Below, one piece after another: positions 57,443-64,000 of a DNA stretch of 64,000 nucleotides. The translations under genes were made by a program, and so were the position numbers. The stretch is from Parcubacteria group bacterium GW2011_GWA1_40_21 (GTDB taxonomy: Bacteria; Patescibacteriota; Minisyncoccia; Phycocordibacterales; GWA1-40-21), in the NCBI GenBank assembly GCA_000996205.1, contig LBYO01000005.1, forward strand, positions 1,728 through 65,727. The letters run 5' to 3'. The notes under the pieces were generated by a model. The model made no database searches and had not been told where the DNA came from. It was given only the letters and a program-made list of their open reading frames with translations. The stretch's first letter is position 1. Each line of letters starts with the position of its first letter.

Positions 57443-58471
57443 ATGGAAAATCTCACCAAGCATCAGCTTATTCTCGTCGCTCTTCTCATAAGTTTCGTCA
57501 CATCAATCGCGACAGGTATCGTGACAGTGTCGCTTATGGATCAAGCGCCGAAAGCCGTTATCCAGACTATAAATAGGGTTGTGGAGAGGACGGTTGAACG
57601 AGTCGTGACCGAACCACCAAAGAAAGGAAGCGCTGTGGTTAAAGAAACTATCGTTGTTAAAGAAGAAGATAAGATAATAGAAGCGATTGAAAAGAACGCG
57701 AAAAGCATGGTTAGAATTTACAAAACAGATTCGTCTTCAAGCGCGGAAAATCCTCTTAAATCATTTGTCGGTTTGGGTATAATAATTTCAAAAGAAGGCG
57801 GCATAGCGACTGACGGCGCGATAATCGCGCCGTCAAGCTCGTATTCCGTGGTGCTAAATGACGCTAAAGAGTATGATGTCAAGACGCTACCATTAGAAGT
57901 AAAGAGCGCTATTGAGTTTTTAAAAATAGTTCCAAAAGTTGGAGAAGATTTGTCTTTAACTCCTGTGGTTTTGGCTAATTCCGACACTCTCAAGCTTGGG
58001 CAGACAGTCATATCTTTGGGAGGCAAATTGAGGAATAGCGTTTCTATCGGAGTCATTACGAGCTTCATAGAATCAAGCGATTCAAATTTTGAAAATACAA
58101 CAACGGCTGAAAGCATCGGATTATCATCACAGAATGAATCAACAACAACAACGATGCTGGCTACCGCAGATACCGGGAACCTCGCCGCAATCGTCAATGA
58201 ATCTGTTAAAGAAAATTCTCCTTTGGCCAAAGATTCCAAAGGCTTGCAGGCTAGCGCGGAAAAATCAATGATTCTGATTGAAACTAATATTATTCCGAAC
58301 GACAACACAACCGGCAATCCTTTCATAAATCTTTCAAGCGAAGTGGTGGGAATAAGAGTGAAATCGCCAAACGGCGCTCGGACAATATCATTCGTGCCGA
58401 TAAACGAAGTGAAGAAAAATTTCTCCGAATTGGAGGCATTGAGTAATTCATCAAAACAAAATGCCAATTAA
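57443..58471 (+). CDS. Trypsin/HtrA-like membrane-anchored protein, probably inactive
   Basis: GLGIIISKEGGIATD, LANSDTLKLGQTVISLG, GNPFINLSSEVVGI; start ATG 57443. Confidence 0.75.
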   Translation: MENLTKHQLILVALLISFVTSIATGIVTVSLMDQAPKAVIQTINRVVERTVERVVTEPPKKGSAVVKETIVVKEEDKIIEAIEKNAKSMVRIYKTDSSSSAENPLKSFVGLGIIISKEGGIATDGAIIAPSSSYSVVLNDAKEYDVKTLPLEVKSAIEFLKIVPKVGEDLSLTPVVLANSDTLKLGQTVISLGGKLRNSVSIGVITSFIESSDSNFENTTTAESIGLSSQNESTTTTMLATADTGNLAAIVNESVKENSPLAKDSKGLQASAEKSMILIETNIIPNDNTTGNPFINLSSEVVGIRVKSPNGARTISFVPINEVKKNFSELEALSNSSKQNAN

Positions 58472-58557
58472 ATTTTACACTTTGAATTATGAAAAATTAT
58501 TCTGATTTCCTAAAAACCTACAACCTAACACCTACCACCCACAACCTGTTCGGCAGT

Positions 58558-58585
58558 TTGACAAGCCTTAAAAAGTCGGTATAAT
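58558..58585 (+). promoter_or_regulatory. Sigma70 promoter of clpB
   Basis: TTGACA-16 bp-TATAAT. Confidence 0.8.
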
Positions 58586-58617
58586 GCGAATATATTGAAT
58601 AATATTTAGAAAAATTT

Positions 58618-61314
58618 ATGCCTCCATTTACTCAATTCACAACAAAAGCAAAAGAAGCCGTGAGAAAAGCTCACGAGCTTGCCATTGAGCGGGGACAAAA
58701 TCATGTGAACCCGCTTCATCTTCTCTCGGCGCTAATCTTACAGGAAGAAAGTATGGTGTCTTCAATATTAGACAAGCTGGAAGTGGACATCATTCTTCTC
58801 ACGGACTCTCTGCTTGAAGCGATTGAGACAAATGAAACATCAAATACGATTTCTCCTTCTTATCAGCTTTACCTTACTCCTGAATTGGCCCAGACTATTG
58901 AAGGTGCCGGCAAAGTTGCCGCATCTCTTAAAGATGATTTTATTTCAACCGAGCATCTTTTCATCGCTCTTTTTGACGCGGCTCAAACGGCCCGTGAAAT
59001 ACTTAGCCGATTTAAAATTGACAAGGCTGGCGTAATGAGAGTTCTTGAAGAGCTCAAGACTAGCAAGGTGACGGATGTTCATCTTCCCAAGAAAAACAAA
59101 TCCATATCAAGATACACCAGAAGCCTGACGAAGCTAGCCCAAGAAAACAAGCTTGACCCAGTCATCGGGCGCGATGATGAGATTTCAAGAATAATCCAAA
59201 TTCTTTCCAGAAGAACAAAAAACAATCCTATCTTAATTGGAGAGGCCGGAGTGGGCAAGACCGCGATCGTGGAAGGATTGGCGATAAGAATGGCTTTGGG
59301 CGATGTGCCGGAATCTCTCAAGGAGAAAGAGCTCGTGTCGCTTGATCTCGGTGCGCTTGTGGCTGGCACGAAATACCGAGGCGAATTTGAAGAGAGATTA
59401 AAAAACATAATCAAAGAAATTGAGCGGGCGGAGGGAAAGATTATCGTGTTCATAGACGAAATACACACAATCGTCGGCGCCGGTTCTGCCGAAGGTTCGC
59501 TTGACGCTTCCAATATGCTGAAGCCCGCTCTTTCTCGCGGAGAATTCCGATCTATCGGAGCAACGACGCTTAAAGAATATCAAAAACATATTGAAAAAGA
59601 CCCGGCGCTCACGAGAAGATTCCAGCCTGTGTATGTGAACGAGCCTTTGCTTGAAGACGCGGTGGCTATCTTGCGCGGACTAAAAGAGAAATACGAGCTG
59701 TATCACGGGGTGAGGATTACCGATGACGCTATTTTGGCCGCCGTCAACCTAAGCAGCAGATACATCACCGACAGATTCTTGCCGGACAAAGCTATAGACC
59801 TCATAGACGAATCGGCCTCGGCTCTTAAGATTTCACTGGAAAATATGCCGCCGATTCTTGAAGAGACTCGAAGAAAAGTTATGCGGCTTGAAATTGAAAG
59901 AGAAGCGCTTCGAAAGGAAATTGAAATTGGAAGCAAAAAATCGATTAAAGCCAGAATCAAAAAAATTGAGAAAGACATAGCCGATTTGAAAGAGAAAACT
60001 TCGGAAATAGAGCTTAAGTGGAAAAATGAAAAAAATATTCTTTCCGACATAAAATCAATCAAGAAACAGCTTGAATCCCTGAGAATGGATGCGGAAGGGG
60101 CGGAGGCGCGGGCGGATCTTTCTAAAGCGGCCGAGATAAGATACGGCAAAATACCCCAGCTAGAGAAAGATTTGGAAATGAAACTAAAGAGGCTGAAAAC
60201 TCTGCAAAGCACGAGAAGAATTCTTAAAGAGGAAATAACTGAAGCCGATATCGCGTCAGTCGTTTCTCGCTGGACAGGGATACCGACTGCCAGAATGTTG
60301 GAAGAAGAAGCTGAAAAGCTGAACAGAATGGAAGAAACGCTCAAAAAAAGAATAATCGGTCAAGATGAAGCGGTCAAAAAAATCGCCGATACGATAAAAA
60401 GATCTCGGGCGGGAATCGCTGATCCGAACAGGCCTATCGGCTCATTTATATTTTTGGGTCCGACTGGAGTGGGGAAGACCGAACTCACAAAAGCTCTGGC
60501 TGGATTCGTATTTGACGACGAAAAATCGCTTATTCGCGTGGATATGTCGGAATTTATGGAAAAGCATTCGGTGTCCAAGCTTATCGGCGCTCCGCCCGGA
60601 TATGTCGGACACGAAGAGGGCGGAACTTTCACCGAGATGATTCGGCACAGGCCATATTCCATTATTCTTTTTGACGAGATTGAAAAAGCTCATCCGGAGG
60701 TGTTTAATATATTGTTGCAGATTTTGGACAACGGAAGATTGACTGATGCCAAAGGAAGATTGGTGAATTTTAAAAACGCTGTGATTATTATGACTTCCAA
60801 TATTGGAGCTCAATACATAGACAAAATGGAACAAATTGGATTCAAGGATGTTTCTGTTACCGGCGACGATAATTATCTGAATGTAAAAAACAAAGTCCTC
60901 GCGAGCCTCAAGGATTATTTCAGGCCGGAATTTCTAAACCGGCTTGACGATATAATTGTCTTTGATATTTTGAGTCAGGACGCGATAAAAGAGATTGTAA
61001 AAATCCAAGTTGATATTGTTAAAGAAAGGCTATCGGCAAAAGAAATCAAAATGGAAGTTTCGCCGGAAGCGCTTTCCTATTTGGCGAAAGAAGGGTATAA
61101 TCCGCACTACGGCGCGAGACCGCTTAAGCGTCTGATTCAAAATAAGATATTAACCCAAATTGCGTCTTCTATGATATCTAAAAACCTCTCCAAGGGTGAT
61201 GCGGTATTCGTAAATTTGAAAGGAGAAGAATTTGATTTTGAAATCAAGAAAGGCAAAAAGGGAAGATTGCTTTCGGATTTGAGCAGGGTGAGTAGAAAGG
61301 AAAGCGTCGTTTAG
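58618..61314 (+). CDS. clpB: Chaperone ClpB
   Basis: Two AAA+ modules ([16 protein letters not shown]), long coiled-coil M domain, GARPLKR. Confidence 0.95.
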   Translation: MPPFTQFTTKAKEAVRKAHELAIERGQNHVNPLHLLSALILQEESMVSSILDKLEVDIILLTDSLLEAIETNETSNTISPSYQLYLTPELAQTIEGAGKVAASLKDDFISTEHLFIALFDAAQTAREILSRFKIDKAGVMRVLEELKTSKVTDVHLPKKNKSISRYTRSLTKLAQENKLDPVIGRDDEISRIIQILSRRTKNNPILIGEAGVGKTAIVEGLAIRMALGDVPESLKEKELVSLDLGALVAGTKYRGEFEERLKNIIKEIERAEGKIIVFIDEIHTIVGAGSAEGSLDASNMLKPALSRGEFRSIGATTLKEYQKHIEKDPALTRRFQPVYVNEPLLEDAVAILRGLKEKYELYHGVRITDDAILAAVNLSSRYITDRFLPDKAIDLIDESASALKISLENMPPILEETRRKVMRLEIEREALRKEIEIGSKKSIKARIKKIEKDIADLKEKTSEIELKWKNEKNILSDIKSIKKQLESLRMDAEGAEARADLSKAAEIRYGKIPQLEKDLEMKLKRLKTLQSTRRILKEEITEADIASVVSRWTGIPTARMLEEEAEKLNRMEETLKKRIIGQDEAVKKIADTIKRSRAGIADPNRPIGSFIFLGPTGVGKTELTKALAGFVFDDEKSLIRVDMSEFMEKHSVSKLIGAPPGYVGHEEGGTFTEMIRHRPYSIILFDEIEKAHPEVFNILLQILDNGRLTDAKGRLVNFKNAVIIMTSNIGAQYIDKMEQIGFKDVSVTGDDNYLNVKNKVLASLKDYFRPEFLNRLDDIIVFDILSQDAIKEIVKIQVDIVKERLSAKEIKMEVSPEALSYLAKEGYNPHYGARPLKRLIQNKILTQIASSMISKNLSKGDAVFVNLKGEEFDFEIKKGKKGRLLSDLSRVSRKESVV

Positions 61315-61351
61315 TTTATAAAAACTTGGTAATCGGAGTACCAAGTGTAAT

Positions 61352-61435
61352 GCGTAGGTGGCAGAGCGGTCAATTGCATCAGACTGTAAATCTGACGCCC
61401 TATGGGCTACGGGGGTTCAAATCCCTCCCTACGCA
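61352..61435 (+). tRNA. tRNA-Tyr(GTA)
   Basis: GCGTAGGTGGCAGAGCGGTCAATTGCATCAGACT-GTA-AATCTGA, variable arm, GGTTCAAATCCCTCCCTACGCA. Confidence 0.95.
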
Positions 61436-61725
61436 CAGCGAGTCTTCGAGTTGGGCAGGAAGAAGCGCGGGGCGCTTCTGTGAGGGATTTGAAGCCCGAT
61501 TGAGCCGAGCTTGGAGTGTCTTCACGAACAAGCGAGCCAATCGGGGTACTGAACGAGTAGCGTTCAAATCCCTCCCTACGCACTAAGAAAAAATGCCAGA
61601 TTCTTTATCTGGTATTTTTTGTTAGTCGCGGAGGGATTTGAAGGTCGGAGCGCGACGGCGCGAGACGGGGTCGCGGGATTTTTCAGCAGAAAAATACCCG
61701 TGACCAAATCCCTCCCTACGCACCA
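61436..61725 (+). repeat. Two tRNA-Tyr 3'-end-derived units
   Basis: Direct copies 61562-61583 and 61705-61725; inverted GAGGGATTTGAA at 61482 and 61631. Confidence 0.9.
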
Positions 61726-61821
61726 CTTCGCTTTGTTTTCACAAAGCTACTCGGTGCAAGCACAAAATTGAGTCCCCGAAATTTCGGGCGTAAAAAAACA
61801 TTCCTGATGGAATGTTAAGTT

Positions 61822-61919
61822 TAATATGGCAGGCAAATGGTAGAGAGTTGATTAGGAGAAAAACCCTCGTTTCTTGAATCCGTTTTGGCGTATCGGTAAA
61901 CCATCTGCCTGCCATATTA
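61822..61919. other. Long inverted repeat, candidate structured RNA or element
   Basis: TAATATGGCAGGCAAATGGT / ACCATCTGCCTGCCATATTA, 20-bp arms with 1 mismatch. Confidence 0.5.
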
Positions 61920-62060
61920 TATAACTATATCGAACATTATTCTGTTTTTATTATATTGGTATGCGGCAATAAGTCAAAAACAATAGGCTTTAAACGACAT
62001 GCTAGTTGAATTGATTGAGTAGTGTTTTCTTTTTATCTTTTTTTGCTATTATGCTTTTGT

Positions 62061-64000
62061 ATGAATATGAAACATAAAGCAAAAATTTTTCATTTTGTCG
62101 GATATGAATTTGATGTAAATGCCAGAAAAATATTTTTCAAATATCGCATAGAATTTTATAATCAACATTCTTTAAATTTTACCGAAACGATTATTTTTCC
62201 GAATCACCCAAAAAAATTAAAAGAAGAATCAATCCAAAAAATTCTTGAATCTTTGCTTATTGTTTTGGGTATTAGTTATTACAAATTATATTGCCCTCCG
62301 CGAGTGACAATGCCTTTCAGGCTTTCACGAGAACAAGCGGATTTCTGGAATACCGTTTATAGAAAAGGACTTGGAGAATTTTTATACAGGAACAAACTTG
62401 ACCCAAAGCGATTGGCAAAATTTTCATACTCCAACATTAAAATTTATCCGGATAGAATTAAAACTCAAGACCGCGCCCTTTTGGGAATTGGCGGGGGCAA
62501 AGATTCAATTGTGGCCGCAGAATTATTGAAAGATTTTGACATAGTTTCTTTCTTGGTTGAGACGCAAAAGCAAGATCTAATTTCTGACAGTGTTATTGAT
62601 AAAATCGGCAGACCGTCTTTGAAAATAAGAAGGGTGCTTGATCTTAAAATATTTGAAAAACACGATGGGGCGTATAACGGACATATTCCAATCTCGGCAA
62701 TTTTTGCGTTTTTGGGACTTCTCACGGCAGCTATTTATGAATACAAATATGTGATTGTCGCAAATGAACACAGCAGTAATTTTGGCAACTTGCAGTATAA
62801 AGGAGAAATCATAAATCATCAGTGGAGCAAGTCTGTTGAGTTTGAGTCGCTGTTTCAAGAATATACAAGGAAATTCATTACGCCGGACATAGTCTATTTT
62901 TCGCTACTTAGGCAGTTTTATGAAATCAGAATCGCGCGGATGTTCGTCGAACATAAAAAATACTTTCCGCTGTTTGCCAGTTGCAACAGAAACTTCAGAG
63001 TTTTCAAAGACCGTCCCGGCTCTCTGTGGTGCGGCGAGTGTCCAAAATGCGCCTTTGCTTTTTTGATGTTGGCCTCGTTTGTTGGCAAAAAAGAAGTCAT
63101 TGGCATATTTAAGAAAAATCTTTTTGCGGATAAATTACTTCTTCCCCTTTTCCAAGATTTGCTCGGGTTTGGAAAACTTAAGCCGTTTGATTGCGTTGGG
63201 ACATTTGAAGAATCGCAAACAGCCCTTTTTCTCGCTTCAAAAAAATTCAAAAATGAAATTATAATAAAAACTTTTTTACCAAAAATAAGGAATCCTGAAA
63301 AACTTATAGAACGGGTTTTTAAAACATATCCGGCACCGACAGTTCCGACACCTTTTCGTTTTCTCGGCATTAAGAATGTTTGTATTTTGGGTTACGGCAA
63401 AGAAGGCAAAATCACGGAAAAATATATCAAGAAAAACCATCCAAATTTAAAAATAGGCATTCTTGATCAAACCACGGATAAGAAATATCTTGAACGGCAG
63501 AAAAACTACGATTTGGCGATTAAAACACCCGGAATCGCCAAAGAAAAAGTTAAAATTCCCTATACTACCGCCACAAATATTTTCTTTTCTCAAAATAAAA
63601 ATTTCATTATAGGGGTCACCGGGAGCAAGGGAAAAAGCACGACAGCAAGCCTTATCTATGAAATTATTAAAGCTTCTGGTAAAAAAGTTCGTCTGATTGG
63701 CAACATTGGAAATCCGATGCTGGAAGTTCTTTTTACGAAAATTGATCCTAATGAGATTTTTGTCGCGGAGCTTTCCAGTTATATGCTGGACGACATAGAA
63801 TATTCTCCCAATATCGCTTTGCTTTTAAATCTTTTTCCTGACCATATGGATTATCACGGCGGAGTTGAAAATTATTACAAAGCCAAGAAAAACTTTTTTA
63901 AATTTCAGAAACAAGGAGATTTGGCCGTCAAACCGCCTTTTGATGAAAAAATTCCGCTTCAAAAAAGTGAAATTCCTTTGATTGGCGCTCACAACATTAA
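62061..64000 (+). CDS. MurL epimerase-MurD ligase fusion (3' partial; not in ORF track)
   Basis: GISYYK, GLGEFLYRN, GGGKDS, NGHIP, NHQWSK, SCNRNF, WCGECPKC, KPFDCVG; same frame continues into ILGYGKEG, GVTGSKGKSTT, GNIG, ELSSY, PDHMDYH. Confidence 0.88.
   Translation, partial: MNMKHKAKIFHFVGYEFDVNARKIFFKYRIEFYNQHSLNFTETIIFPNHPKKLKEESIQKILESLLIVLGISYYKLYCPPRVTMPFRLSREQADFWNTVYRKGLGEFLYRNKLDPKRLAKFSYSNIKIYPDRIKTQDRALLGIGGGKDSIVAAELLKDFDIVSFLVETQKQDLISDSVIDKIGRPSLKIRRVLDLKIFEKHDGAYNGHIPISAIFAFLGLLTAAIYEYKYVIVANEHSSNFGNLQYKGEIINHQWSKSVEFESLFQEYTRKFITPDIVYFSLLRQFYEIRIARMFVEHKKYFPLFASCNRNFRVFKDRPGSLWCGECPKCAFAFLMLASFVGKKEVIGIFKKNLFADKLLLPLFQDLLGFGKLKPFDCVGTFEESQTALFLASKKFKNEIIIKTFLPKIRNPEKLIERVFKTYPAPTVPTPFRFLGIKNVCILGYGKEGKITEKYIKKNHPNLKIGILDQTTDKKYLERQKNYDLAIKTPGIAKEKVKIPYTTATNIFFSQNKNFIIGVTGSKGKSTTASLIYEIIKASGKKVRLIGNIGNPMLEVLFTKIDPNEIFVAELSSYMLDDIEYSPNIALLLNLFPDHMDYHGGVENYYKAKKNFFKFQKQGDLAVKPPFDEKIPLQKSEIPLIGAHNI

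Noticed and set aside
57718-60344. Long antisense ORFs (57718-58467, 59079-59513, 59703-60344; similarly 52473-53105 and 37636-38157)
   Set aside because: Shadow frames opposite well-supported genes.
61326-61586. 86-aa ORF
   Set aside because: Translation of tRNA-Tyr and its repeat unit.
48985-61725. CRISPR interpretation of the tRNA-adjacent repeats
   Set aside because: Only 2-3 copies, tRNA-derived, spacing over 130 bp, and no cas operon.

Overview
64 kb of a small-genome bacterium, most likely Patescibacteria/CPR (Parcubacteria-like). This is inferred from the short IF2, AlaRS and L13, the archaeal-type Cmk/PyrH, and CPR-typical membrane proteins; TGA is used as a normal stop. The housekeeping backbone comprises mltG, mnmA, typA, nrdJ, rnpB, murJ, alaS, infA-rpmJ-rpsM-rpsK-rpsD-rpoA-rplQ-rplM-rpsI, grpE-dnaK-dnaJ, infB-rbfA, iscS, clpB and a murL-murD fusion running off the right end. 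There are 4 tRNAs, a RAYT transposase with its REPs, and a Fic/MTase/RhuM/DUF262-HNH defence island. The most unusual content is non-coding. (1) Three tRNA genes are each followed by 136-172 bp units made of an inverted copy of that tRNA's own T-arm, a core shared between different tRNAs, and a direct copy of the tRNA 3' end. (2) A MITE has 16-bp TIRs, 7-bp TSDs and interchangeable cargo. (3) A 52-bp hairpin element occurs twice inside RNase P RNA. (4) Several palindromic or heptamer repeats sit in frame inside proteins. All calls are by eye from motifs; no database search or folding was run.
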